Source: Octopus bimaculoides (taxonomy: Eukaryota). From it: DNA of 40,861 nt. The stretch is taken from the NCBI RefSeq assembly GCF_001194135.2, contig NC_068985.1, forward strand, positions 8,794,727-8,835,587. Direction: 5' to 3'. Positions within the stretch are counted from its first letter, which is position 1, and each line of letters begins with the position of its first letter. Shown piece by piece: positions 24,157 to 37,041 of this stretch. The notes under the pieces were generated by a model. It did no database searches. It saw nothing but the letters and a program-made list of their open reading frames with translations, and was not told the DNA's origin. The translations under genes and the position numbers were made by a program.

Positions 24157-24204
24157 AAGAAGAAGAACAAGAAGAATGGTGTCCGATTTTGATACACAGA
24201 CAGC

Positions 24205-24308
24205 CATTTTGGTGGAGGGTTTGTGTCGATTACATTCACACCAGTTTTTCACTGGAACTTAAATTATCGACTCCGGATGGATGAAAGGCAAAGTCGACCT
24301 CGGCGGAG
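24205..24308 (-). mobile_element. SINE family A fragment
   Basis: ttatcgactccggatggatgaaaggcaaagtcgacctcggcgga is the reverse complement of the family A core. Confidence 0.7.
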
Positions 24309-24479
24309 GTGCACATCATATGGAAAAAAGCAGTTTCCTTAGTTTTTCCAACACAGCTCATACTGTACAAGTCTCTGCTGTCTTCGATCTTTGTGCATGG
24401 GTGTGAAAGCTAGACATTCAGAGACTTCCAACGCACACAAAATACAAAAATGACAAAATCTAAGCGCGTTTTATTCAGT

Positions 24480-25245
24480 GTGGTTCAGAATGAAGACCTG
24501 CATATCGAACCCAGAGCTGAAGACAAACAGCTTTCCTAGTGAGCGTGTCACTAACAGTGTTGGCAAGCAAGAAACACAACTTACCGTAGCGAAATGACCA
24601 AAGCTCGTCTAGTACGGGCATATACCCTGACACTACTTCTTGTTCAAAAGGTTTTTGCCTGTTACAGCTACAGAAGAAGGGGAAAGCGATAAGCAGAAAG
24701 AATCGTAGTCTGAGAATATCGGTCCTGGACAGCTCTCAACTCACCGGTTCTACTACTTGTGAGAGAGAACAGTGTGTAGGCGCAATGGCCCAGTGGTTAG
24801 GGCAGCGGAATCGCGGTCATCCTTGTGCGTGTTTATTGAGGGAAAACACCTAAAGCTCCACGAGGCTCCGGCAGGGGGTGGTAGCGAACCCTGTTGTACG
24901 CTTTCACCACAACTTTCTCTCAATCTTTCTTCCTGTTTCTGCTGTACCTGTATTTCAAAGGGCCAGCCTTGTCACACTCTGTGTAAAGCTGAATCACTCC
25001 GAGAACTACGTTAAGGATACACGTGTCTGTGGAGTGCTCAACCACTTGCACGTTAATTTCACGAGCAGGCTGTTCCGTTGATTGGATCAACTGGAACCCT
25101 CGTCATCGTAAGCGACGGAGTGCCAACAACGAGGGAGGACAGAAACCAGTGGAGATGGCCGAATACCAGCACGCCTGGAATGACACACCTGGAATGGCAC
25201 GCGACGCGTGACTTCACCAATCGCGAGAAGATGATGATGATGAGG
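24480..25245 (+). mobile_element. possible decayed RTE-like LINE 3' part interrupted by a SINE
   Basis: WQARNTTYRSEMTKARLVRA (cf. IWK.RNIS..TK.RLVRA), RSWTA, then EDRNQWR and a (GAT)n tail after the SINE. Similarity is weak. Confidence 0.3.
24777..25130 (+). mobile_element. SINE family C with B box deleted
   Basis: Head taggcgcaatggcccagtggttagg is present, but the gtaggatcgcggtttcgattccc segment found in other copies is missing. Confidence 0.85.
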
Positions 25246-25529
25246 AGCAGGAGAGGTGTATTGATTATGACACTGGCCATGATGATAAAAATGGCTATTC
25301 ATAAGATTTTTGAGTTCCTTGAATTGGCGAGTTCCTAGGTTCCCCATGCAGACATGTCATTTGATTCTTTCGGATGTAATTGATCTTCGTAATGATTGAT
25401 TTTTTTTCTTCGCCCATAATCGATACTGCGTTAACCCTTCAGATTTTGTAACGACTCCTTGAAATAAGCCCAACGTCTTATTTAGTATTATTTATTATTT
25501 TTTTTTTGTTCTTGTTGATGTTATCGTTA

Positions 25530-25633
25530 TCATCGTCGTTGTCGACGTCGTCACTATCATCATCATCATCATCAGTTGCAGCAGCCTTTCCGGTAGCAGT
25601 AGCAGTAGCAGCAGTAGAAGCAGCAACAGTTAA

Positions 25634-25668
<35 letters not shown>

Positions 25669-25684
25669 TAGCAGCAGCAGTAGC

Positions 25685-25730
<46 letters not shown>
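25530..25730. repeat. compound trinucleotide array (TCA)/(GCA)/(GTA)
   Basis: Direct reading. Confidence 0.9.
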
Positions 25731-26164
25731 AACTGCTACATTTTAAAGTACATAATCTCCAACTCAAAACTTCGCAAACTGTAAACAAAAGGCCAAAGAA
25801 ACAAAAACGAAATAAAAAAAAAAAAATTCGGTAAATGATGCTAGCCTCCTCTCCTGTCTCCTGTCTCCTCTCTCCTCTCTCCTGTCTCCCTCTGTAATTA
25901 GAGACGAAATCTCGTGTTGACTAATTCTTTGCCATTTTCTTCTTTTGTTCTTTACTATGATATTAACTTTTCAGATATGGTTTTTTTTTATTTTCTTTAT
26001 CTTTCTTTTTTTCTTGTTGTGGCGGAGGTCGTGGTGATGACAGCGGTGGCGGCATGGTGGCAGCGGCGGCGGCAGTGGTGGTCGTCGTGGTGACTATGCT
26101 GGCTGGGTTTATTTGGTTTATTGGACTGAAGCAACAAATTAAGAAGCTATCGGAATACTTCAAA

Positions 26165-26216
<52 letters not shown>

Positions 26217-28370
26217 ATCTCTCTCTCTCCCTCTCTCTCTCCCTCTCTCTCTCCCTCTCTCTTCTAGCAGATACTGTGCAAATGTTGCACAATCTGCCAG
26301 TCAATCCACAGTGACGATGCATTGTTTAATTGCATCCAATTTAGCTTACATTTTGCACACCGACGGCTGTACAACTTTATAATGTGACGAATTAATTTGA
26401 AGTTGTTTCCGGGTTTTGCTGGTCTTTTTGCAACGTTTTTTCCTTTTTCTTTTTTTCCTATTTTAAATTTCTTCTGAGTTGATTAACTTCTCTCAATATT
26501 CTGTCAAATATCTAATGAATGGTTAGAGACGAAGACTGGAGCACAGAACTGTCAGTGTGGGGAGTTTCTACACGGTGGCTTAATATGCTGGAAATAATTA
26601 CTGCATTTTCATTAAATAACCCGCACCGCACTGTCTGGAATAATGAAAAATACGTTATAGAATGTAATCGTTGATATACCGAGTAGTTCGATCTCCTGGA
26701 AATACTAGCCACATCTGCATTAAATCAAAATTTACTCTCTGAAATAATGATATATATACTGTCACTTGCTGTATGTAAGCTGGTCTGCAGTAGTGACTGG
26801 TTCAGTTAATAAATGAAAATATGTTTCTTGGGTTGCGGGAAGAAGTAACTGAACGACACACGCGAACATTTAACACAAGGTTTTATTATCGCACATAAAG
26901 TCAAATTGCGTTGGTCTTTTACTAATAACAACAGCAATAATTACATACTGGGAGAGATATACTACTTGGAGTCTACTGCAACGAACGGCAACATGTGGCT
27001 TTCGCAACATAACTGGAAGTAATTGTGCTATATATTTGGTAACGGAGATATTTGGTATTTTGTCGGAGCCGTCTGTATGGGTCGTCTGGTGTGGCAAGAA
27101 TGGAGACACATCGCGCAGCTGCATCAAAATTTTGCAACTAATTACTTCTAAAGTGGCTTTTCATAAGACAGAAGAAAAAGATACAAGAGAGATCAAATCC
27201 TGCGATGGCTTGATGCTGATTAATTCCTAAAGAGACCGAACACGTGAAATATTGTAGTTCGGTCACAATGTTGGATTCGGGTATCCAGAAATTCAATTTC
27301 GAATCCCTGCAACAACATTTTATAGTATATAATCCCAGATTAGTAATGTAGAATGCGTTTTAGAATAAGGTTTCTGATTTACTCAATGACTTGGAAATTA
27401 TGCATTTCTAAATCTCACAGAGAGACTTAAGCAGCAGTGATACGATAAGGTAGTTGTATACTGTCAACTTAACGTGACAGTCCCAATAAGGAAATCATTC
27501 TACTGTTATTTAGCCCTAGGAAGCTGGACCGCTTCCTGTCGGCTTTGACACATTTCCTGTGTCCTTATGTTTACGAGGAGGAGACAAGCACCTCCAACCA
27601 GCCTCTGCTGGAAATTATAACTACATCTTCCTTAAATCACACCCGACTCTAAACAGCACGTTTTAAAATGTAATAAGTGCTATATAAAATGACTGGGTGC
27701 TCAATGACGGAACACCTTTGAATACAGGCGAATATTGTAAACAGATTTTGTGCGTAATGCTCATAGAATTTTGGCAAAATTGGCAAAATTGGCAAAATTT
27801 GCACGAGCATTTCTGCAGAATTTATGTTCCTTGTATTTACTATAAATGCGTGCAACACAAACTTGTGGCACGCCTACACTTCAATTATCGGAAGAATGAT
27901 GACTATGCATTTTGCAATCATATTCCTTCTTGTTTGGAGTTGGGGATGAACCTCGTAAATTACAAATGACTATTATTGGTTTCTTAAGGGATTTTATACT
28001 TCATGAAAACATTATGCAACATTATAAAGCGGTGGATCATAGAGGTGTTAAATGAATGTGCTATTCGCTCTTTCAACAGTAGTTGTGCCCCACTAAGACC
28101 TTCACGGGGGTAAACATTACAAATATAAACAAAAAATGTACGACTCGAGGAAGAAAATTTATGTGCAGAAATACCAGCTGAATCCTTTTAAATCACGCGT
28201 TGTATCATTTAAACTGGAAGGCACAAATGAATAAGATATTACTAGAAATGCTGTATTTGAAAGCAATGACAGGGGATTCACCTCTCTATCTAATGAGAAG
28301 TTTGAAAAGAGATTTGTGCGTGAGATAAATGATGTATGACAAAACAGCTTAATTACTTTAAGATATTGTC

Positions 28371-28446
28371 ACAGGCGTGGCTGTGTGATAAGAAGTTTGC
28401 TTCCCAACCACATGCATCTGGGTTCATTCCCACTGTATGGCACCTT
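28371..28446 (+). mobile_element. SINE family B head fragment
   Basis: caggcgtggctgtgtgataagaagtttgcttcccaaccacatg...ggttcattcccactg..tggcacctt. Confidence 0.75.
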
Positions 28447-28591
28447 ACAACTCTTCAGTGTAGAGAATCCGTGTCTGTTTCTTTTGCTCTTTTCTATGCG
28501 AAACCGAGAATTTCTAGGATTTTGTGCTAATTTCTTTGTACATAACCTAACGCACCATGTATATGTATATATGCGTGTATGTATGTATGTA

Positions 28592-28700
28592 GTTATTCAG
28601 TTTATTTCAAGATTTCTTGCCAATAAGAAAGAACCGGATTCTAACCTAGATCCAAGGCTCCTTCATTGAAATTTCAATATCAACAACAGGGTATTTTTGT
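28592..28700 (-). mobile_element. 3'UTR-only copy of the R4/Dong-like family at 1101, flanked by (TACA)n
   Basis: Reverse complement matches 1701-1795; (GTAT)n lies on both sides. Confidence 0.8.
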
Positions 28701-29270
28701 TTGTATGTATGTATGATTTCTGTAATTCATTTTCCATCAATTTCCGAGTCCATTTATTATATATAGATTTTATATTCGTGGTTTTCCATTTCTCGTGTCT
28801 GAAATACATATGTAATATCAAGCCTAGCAAATATTTTATACGTTTCCAGCTTGCACGTTTAAATATATTTATATATTTTTCTTGCATGCTCGATACATAT
28901 TATTTAATAGATCAATGCGCTACGTAATAATTAGCATCGAGTATAATATAAATAGCCATCTTCTCTACATTGTTGTCATATTTTCATTCTTGTTATATCA
29001 ATTGGCAATGTTTTTGATACGAATGGATTTTTTCTTTTTTTCTGTTTTATTTAACTGTCTTATGAATTAACCCATATGAATCAGTTGCTATACGTGTTTT
29101 TATTATATATTTTTCATGTTCCTAACGTCGCAGTAATATTTTCTAAAATCCTTTTTTCTTTTTTCCTGCATGAGAATTTTATTGACTAAGAAACATCTTC
29201 AATATGGAATATATTACTCCTGCCAACTCAAAAGTTCCCTCGTAGCTAACTTGTGTAATATATAATCTCT

Positions 29271-29630
29271 GACGAGAGGGTTCCAAATGACTCGATCAAC
29301 GGAACAGCCTACTCGCGAAATTAGTGTGTAAGTGGCAGAACACTCCACAGACACGTGTACCCTTAACGTAGTTCTCGGGGAGATTCGGTGTGACCCAGAG
29401 TGTGACGAAGCTGGCCCTTTGAAATAAAGGTACAACAGAAACAAGAAGAAAGAGTGAGAGAAAGTTGTGCTGGAAGAGTACAGCAGGGTTCGCCACCAGC
29501 CACTGCCGGAGCCTTGTGGAACTTTAGGTGTTTCCGCTCACTAAACTCTCAACACGCCCTGTCTGGGAATCAAAACCGCGATCCTACGACCGCGAATTCG
29601 CTGCCCTAACCACTGGGACATTGCGCCTCC
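29271..29630 (-). mobile_element. SINE family C
   Basis: Homology to the other family C copies. Confidence 0.85.
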
Positions 29631-29734
29631 AATGAAGTGTGAAATACCGAAATTGATAGCATTGTATATAAACGAAACTAGCCTCAAGGTAGAACAGCAT
29701 AAGATCAGAATTATTTTTTATTGTCAAAAAGTTT

Positions 29735-30160
29735 GACTGGCAGAAGCGTTAGCACGCCGGGCGAAATGCCTATCGGTATTTCGTCTGCCGTTACGTTCTG
29801 AGTTCAAATTCCGCCGAGGTCGACTTTGCCTTTCATCTTTTCGGGGTTGATAAAGTAAGTACCAGTTACGCATTGGGGTCGATGTAATTGACTTAATCCC
29901 TTTGTCTGTCCTTGTTTGTCCCCTCTATGTTTAGCCCCTTGTGGGCAATGAAGAAATAAGAAACGTTAGCACGCCGGGCGAAATGCTTAGTGGTATTTCG
30001 TCTGCCGTTACTTTCTGAGTTCAAAATTCCGCCGAGGTGGACTTTGCTTTTCATCCTTTCACAGTCGATAAGTTAAGTACCGGTTACGTACTGGGGGTGA
30101 TCTAATCGACTGCCCCCTCCCCAAAAATTTTGAGTGTTGTGGCTAGAGTAGAAAAGAATA
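29735..30160 (+). mobile_element. tandem dimer of SINE family A with two different tails
   Basis: Units start at 29735 and 29960. Tail 1 is cttaatccctttgtctgtccttg...gaaataaga; tail 2 is ccccctccccaaaaatttt...gagtagaaaagaat. Confidence 0.88.
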
Positions 30161-30204
30161 TCGTGTCATGAATGTTCTTAAATGAGAATCTTGTCTTCTA
30201 TTTT

Positions 30205-30610
30205 TTTCTCTTACTTGTTTCAGTCATCATTTGAGCACCACCATTAGTCGAACAAATCGACCCCAGGACTTATTAATTTGTAAGTCTAGCACTTATGCTA
30301 TCGCTTTCTTTTGCTGTGCTGCTAGGTTACCGGGACGTAAATACACACTCATTTGTTGTCAAGCGATGGTGACGGAACAAACACAGGCACACAAATACAC
30401 GCACACACATACACACACACTCACACACGCACACACACACACATATATATACGAGCTTCTTTCAGTTTCCGTCTACCAAATTCATTGACAAGGCTTTGGT
30501 CGGCACGGGGCTACAGTAGAAGACAAATGCCCAAGGTAATACGCGGTGAAAGTGAACCCGGAGCTATGTAGTTCATGTAGTTGAGAAGTAAGCTTCTTTA
30601 ATTCATATAG
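30205..30610 (-). mobile_element. SINE family B
   Basis: Tail, internal (CA)/(TA) tract and CORE-like block in reverse orientation. Confidence 0.8.
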
Positions 30611-31640
30611 ATTTGTTATGCAAGCATTACAGAGAGGGGACAAAGACGGACAGACAAACATAAAGGGTGGAGAAGCTTTTACGTTTTAAAAATTTCAAAT
30701 CAATCAGATGGAAAAATGAATCGATGAAATATGCAATAATTATTTTAAACTTTGAATAAATCATTGCGTTCCGCAATGAGGATCGTTTAAAGAAAGGCCG
30801 CGCACGCAAACGCACACGCAAACACTAATACACTCAAACGCACAAACGGGTACAAACACACACAGAAATATGCACACACACCAACACAGACACATGCACA
30901 CAAACAGATATACACACAGACGAACACACCCAAATATACAGAAACACACACACACACACACAAACACACATACACACGCAAACATGCACATGCAAAAACA
31001 CAACACAAACACACATGCAAACAGACACACAGACGCACACACACACACACACACAAACACTCACCATACGTATAAGAATGCATTAATTCAATGGTTATCC
31101 CTACTGTTTCTGTTTCTTAATTCTCTGTTAGAACTTTCGTCGAGCGAGAAGTTGGAAGAAGAAATATTTTAACGATGTCATGTAGTAAAGGTCGAACCGA
31201 TCAAGCGAATCCGTGGCACATTTTCTTCTCCACAACTCCATAACGACAGTTTGTTTGTGTTTTGTTAAACATGGACACCGAAGTGCTCAGAGCAACCTCA
31301 TATCAGAACGTATGCAATTTAATGCAAGCATACGTTGTAACTTTGATTTAAAGCTAAGAATAAAGCGTACAACAGTTGTCCAGTATTCTTGCCAAGCAGC
31401 TAGCTGATGTGTAGTGTCGGCCAGACAAAAGTTTCAAGTACGGGCTTATAATCGATAAATTTCCATGTGCGCATATATCAATTGGAAACTATTTACAAGT
31501 ACATATGTATGTAGGTGCATATATACAAATATTCAAGTATATATGTAGGTAAGCAGGCATACGCACACAGACACACACACACACACACACACAAATATAC
31601 ATGTGCCAAATTTTACTTCTGTATAACAGATAGGAGGTTT

Positions 31641-31683
<43 letters not shown>

Positions 31684-31696
31684 ATAGCAGATTGGA

Positions 31697-31746
<50 letters not shown>

Positions 31747-32798
31747 TTGCCTGTGTGTGTGTGTATATATATACTTGCATGTGTGAATGTGTATATGTGT
31801 ATGATTATTTAGCTGAGAATATTCACACAAACTTAAACAGTCACAGATACAAATACACACAGATATACAAGTATAGTAATGATGGTTTCAAACCTTAGCA
31901 GAACCTGTAGTTTCTGCAAATTAGGGGTAACTTATCCTGTTCAGGCTATATTATTAGCATTATCCTGCGTTTGAGAATTTTAAAATCACTTCTTTAACTT
32001 TCTAAGACATCTCAACGCTTCTAAAAGCAAACTTTTGTTTGTTTACGTTTATCGTAATTTGAATTTAACATATATACAAATATTTCAAATTTACAGAAAA
32101 CAAATGACCAAGACAGGTGAAGGGACAGCAAGCATGTGTAATAGTTTAACGCTCAGAAAGAATGGAAAAGTCTTTGATGTTTCTAGTCTACGCCCTCCGA
32201 TAGAAAGGGTTGAGAGGATAAAAACTGAAGAGAGAACGACTAAAGAAAAACAGAGAGAAAAAATGCGTAGGGATAAACAGTTCAACATGATATATATGTG
32301 TGTGTATGTGCGTGTGATTATGTATGTGAGTGTGGGGGGGGTGCATTTGTGTGTGTGTGTGCATTATTTAAAGCTGTCTAATTACAATAGAATGAGCCTT
32401 AATAAGTTGCCTCCTTTCGTAATTTCTTATTTTCTGCTCTGGAGACCATTGTAATTATCTGTAGCTACATATGTTGCATGACATTTAAGACACCACATAT
32501 CTTTATATATTTCATTGTATGGTATGATGTTATTTTAAACTTCCTGTAATTATTGTTACATTTATAAAAGATTATCATTATTTGGAATTAATCCTATTCG
32601 TCGCATTCGAGTGACGTCAGGACTCTCTGTCCCCTTTGCAAAACAATGTATCCCTTAAAACTTTCAAACCACTCTTTACCAGATCCAAAAGCTTTCATAT
32701 CAAAACTTGCAGCTTTCTGAAAATTGCCGTACCCAGTTCTAGATTCCGCTGGAATCAAAATCTCGTTTTATCAGCATCTGATGTACAGTACGTACTGT

Positions 32799-32981
32799 GG
32801 CGATTTGGCGGAATCGTTACCGCGCCAGACTAAAATGTTAGCGGCATTACGTCCGTCTTTACATTCTGAGTTCAAATCCCGCCGGGATCGACTTTGCCTC
32901 CCATCCTTTTCAGGGTCGATAAAATGATCGACTTAACTATTTATCCTGAAATTACTGTCCTTGTGTTTAAGTTTAAAACCA
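32799..32981 (+). mobile_element. SINE family A
   Basis: ggcgatttggcggaatcgttaccgcgcc...ctgagttcaaatcccgccggg.tcgactttgcc...gtcgataaaatga. Confidence 0.78.
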
Positions 32982-34259
32982 AACGTTTCTTACAGTTTGA
33001 TTGTCGCCTCACAAATTCAGGAACCGTTCCATATTATTCATCAAATTCAATTGCTGAAAAATAATTCACATAGTAGACACTTGACCTCAATTGCAATTAG
33101 TGGAGGTGGTAAGGGTCTTACATCAATCGTTTGTGAAACATGAAGTCGACGCCCAATGTAATCCGTTTACAAGTAGTTTGGCAATAATGATTTCCTCCCC
33201 GCTTGATGGCTTCTCTCAAGTCATTTTCAACAAGTATTATCTATTAGGCTCTTTGTGTTTGATATTAAATTCACCAGCGGCGCAGATAAACAGGATATCC
33301 ACTCCAAAGAGTAAAATCCGAAGTAGACAGTGATGTGCAGCGTCGGCAAAAAATTATCGTCTTTTTACTTCGAACTAAAAAATGCAAACGAGATAATGAA
33401 AGTGATACAGAGGTCACGTCAAAAGAAAAACGTGCATTCTTATAAACTAGCTGACCCCATGCCGTCAAAAACGACGGCTAATTGTAGCATTTTATATATA
33501 AATAAGGTACACATTTAGGAATATAATAATCACAAATATATGTACGCACACATTAACACATACTCACAAAAAGTTGAAACGCTGATTTGATTTTCACCCC
33601 TTCCTTTCTCTCATTGCTCTTACTTTCTCTCATTCCTTCTTAGTCAGGGCTATCACGCTCATCACTTTCCTTCGCTGAATTACTATTTTCTCTCCTCCTC
33701 CACGTCCGCCGTGATCCTGGACAAATATATATANNNNNNNNNNNNNNNNNNNNNNNNNNNNNNNNNNNNNNNNNNNNNNNNNNNNNNNNNNNNNNNNNNN
33801 NNNNNNNNNNNNNNNNNNNNNNNNNNNNNNNNNNNNNNNNNNNNNNNNNNNNNNNNNNNNNNNNNNNNNNNNNNNNNNNNNNNNNNNNNNNNNNNNNNNN
33901 NNNNNNNNNNNNNNNNNNNNNNNNNNNNNNNNNNNNNNNNNNNNNNNNNNNNNNNNNNNNNNNNNNNNNNNNNNNNNNNNNNNNNNNNNNNNNNNNNNNN
34001 NNNNNNNNNNNNNNNNNNNNNNNNNNNNNNNNNNNNNNNNNNNNNNNNNNNNNNNNNNNNNNNNNNNNNNNNNNNNNNNNNNNNNNNNNNNNNNNNNNNN
34101 NNNNNNNNNNNNNNNNNNNNNNNNNNNNNNNNNNNNNNNNNNNNNNNNNNNNNNNNNNNNNNNNNNNNNNNNNNNNNNNNNNNNNNNNNNNNNNNNNNNN
34201 NNNNNNNNNNNNNNNNNNNNNNNNNNNNNNNNNNNNNNNNNNNNNNNNNNNNNNNNNNN

Positions 34260-34291
<32 letters not shown>

Positions 34292-34599
34292 AATACATAA
34301 AACACTAAGCTCAATATAATATAAGGAGATCATTCGACACGGGCTGCAGTCGTTCTATTTAACTTTCCCAATGGTCTTATAGCTTTGCTACTCCCGTGCT
34401 ATAACAGCGTCTCTACTTAGTTGTTCTGGTCGGCTTTTACCGCCACGTTTTAAACGTAACCTTTATTTCTCACGATTTAATTACTAAGAAACAAAGAATC
34501 AGAAAAAGAAAAAAAAAAGGGCGAATTAAGCCACAGAAGATGTTGGCGGGGAGCAAAAGAACCCCATGTGCCAAAATAAATGACCGGTTAATCCGTAGG

Positions 34600-34910
34600 G
34601 AATGGACAGCAACGCCCATCGCAGCAGGCACTCTACCTCGCAGGGTTCGTTTCTCACACGCGTCGTTATAGAAAGATGTACAATGAAAAGGGGGGTATGT
34701 TGTATGATTAAATTTTGGATAAAGATAGATGGCTAGCATGTTTGGAACAATGGAAAACACGACATGGGAGAGGAAGGAGTCTCTGATAGATATTTGCAAG
34801 AATTTTGAGACGCATAACATTTTTATAGAAGGTTTGTTGGTCATAAAACAATAAAGACTTACAGAGAATGTAGACAAAATATACATGAAGGAAGTGGCTT
34901 CATAAATTAC
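34600..34910 (+). mobile_element. possible pogo/Tigger-like transposase remnant
   Basis: WLACLEQWKTRHG (cf. GWLE.(F/W)K.RHG) followed by QNIHEGSGF (cf. NIYNxDETG.F). Weak. Confidence 0.25.
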
Positions 34911-35195
34911 TTATATTTTATTCTCACTAACCAAGAAAATATATTATTCATATATAATCAAATAAGGATTTTAATTTTTTTTAACTGAAATTAACTCGAG
35001 TTTCCGTAGAGACACATTTACAAGCCGCATCACGATATTAATAGTCATGCTTCACAATTCCTTCAGAATGGCCGGTTGTATATAGCTTTTTGTGTGTGTG
35101 TATGTGTGTGTGTGTATGTGTGTGTGTGTGTATGTGTGCGTGCGTGTGTATGTGTGTGTGTCTGTCTGTGTTATGTTTGCGTGTTTATATATACA

Positions 35196-35860
35196 TAAAA
35201 ACCAACGAAGTTTTGTCATACATAAATATAAATTAAAATCAGCCACCATTTTTAATCAAAAGAAATTCGTTAACAGCATCGGCAAGAGATTTTCAAAAAT
35301 TTCTTTTGATAAAGAAACCTTCTACCAAGCATCACCATTCTGTACTAAATCCCTAAAACCAAAAGGATATAACAATCAGCAGCAAATACGTAACAAAGTC
35401 ATCACAAACAGACACCTAACTAAACAGTACCACATCTAGGATCACACAACGCGCAACGCGCAACCGGAGAGAGATGCAGCTGCTCAGGAAATAAGATGCG
35501 CTAATTTCAGGGAACAGATATTTTTTAAGTGATTCTCATGGAAAGGATATGCAGAAAGAAACTATATTGGCGCCTCTGGTGGAGAATTTATGGACACATA
35601 CACACAACATACAAATTCTGGGTCATACACAAAGGAAGAATATTTTTCTCCAAACGTTACTGTGAGTTAAAAGAAGACATTAATGCAAGAACGAAATGGG
35701 AAATTATAGACTGTGCATCATTGTATGTATGATTTTTTGCTTTCTTCTCTCTCTGCACCACAGGCAAATGTCACATAATCGCGCAAAATATAAATATTTT
35801 AAAGAGAAACGGATTTATATCATGGGACAGACAAGAAAATATATTCCTTTTCACCTATGA
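35196..35860 (+). mobile_element. Penelope-like element fragment: RT thumb plus GIY-YIG endonuclease, decayed
   Basis: KTNEVLSYININ*NQPPFLIK (cf. KPND.L.YI...SNHPP.IIK), NSIGKRFSKISFDKETFYQASPF...LKPKGY, CSC, NYIGASGGEF..TYTQH (YIG), ELKEDINARTKWEII, NILKRNGFIS..RQEN (cf. LNKRSEL.SKCRH.N). Confidence 0.85.
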
Positions 35861-36659
35861 TGAATTGAACAGTAAGGGCTCTATACGCACAGAAATGACG
35901 TCATACACACATGTATACATACAACCATGTGCACAAAAATACCTCATACATATGTATTATGCGGAACATGCACCGTCATAAACCTGCTACTTCGGCATAA
36001 TTTAGAAAACCCTATGAAATGACCACGCACTTACACACGGACATACCTGTACAAATCCGAAGAACAAACAATACATTACTAGGTGTCTTCTGTGTTACAC
36101 ACTCACACGTACACGTGACCATTTCTTCAATCAAGAAAACAAGGATATCGTCCCATCCATAAAAAAAATTACCACAACGGCTTCACCAAACTCAACCACG
36201 TACACACACATACGACAAGCATAAAGCTCAGATGTTTACCACAAAACCACAACGCACCAAAACCATTGAATGATATAAATAACACACCATTGATTAAAAA
36301 AATATTTCACAGCTAACACAACTTATAATCATGCATAAAGTAACTCATATACCCCAACACACACACACACACAAAGATATATGAGATACTTTTGTAAAGC
36401 TCCTTGCTTTGTGTAAAAGAAAACACTGGAGGATCAGTTAATCGTGATTTTAGTCAACGTATTCCCCCTCTCAGATTCACGCCAAATAATTGTTGTGGTT
36501 CTTCAGTTTTTCTAAACCTGTAAAAGAACTGGGAAAGTTGGGATTCCAACCAGGCCTTTCGTGATACACTTAAACCAGGGACTTTTCAGCACCCTCTCGT
36601 ATATACGTACATACAAACATATGTATATATATGTGTGTATGTATATATATGTGTGTATG

Positions 36660-36704
<45 letters not shown>

Positions 36705-36995
36705 NNNNNNNNNNNNNNNNNNNNNNNNNNNNNNNNNNNNNNNNNNNNNNNNNNNNNNNNNNNNNNNNNNNNNNNNNNNNNNNNNNNNNNNNNNNNNNNN
36801 NNNNNNNNNNNNNNNNNNNNNNNNNNNNNNNNNNNNNNNNNNNNNNNNNNNNNNNNNNNNNNNNNNNNNNNNNNNNNNNNNNNNNNNNNNNNNNNNNNNN
36901 NNNNNNNNNNNNNNNNNNNNNNNNNNNNNNNNNNNNNNNNNNNNNNNNNNNNNNNNNNNNNNNNNNNNNNNNNNNNNNNNNNNNNNNNNNNNNNN

Positions 36996-37041
<46 letters not shown>

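Noticed and set aside
26874-27230. About 118-codon stop-free frame on the + strand
   Set aside because: No recognisable motif, no good acceptor and no proper ATG context.
27690-28100. Possible Tc1/mariner-like remnant (NTGEYCKQIL; DYYWFLKG) with a 10 bp x3 repeat ttggcaaaat
   Set aside because: No TIRs or catalytic motifs confirmed; similarity too weak.
11707-29630. tRNA-like heads with A and B boxes
   Set aside because: They are SINE heads continuing into shared non-tRNA bodies, and I could not fold complete cloverleafs; not tRNA genes.
33443-33485. actagctgaccc plus gccgtc/gacggc hairpin resembling a Helitron-type terminus
   Set aside because: Other end not found (adjacent gap); single short motif.
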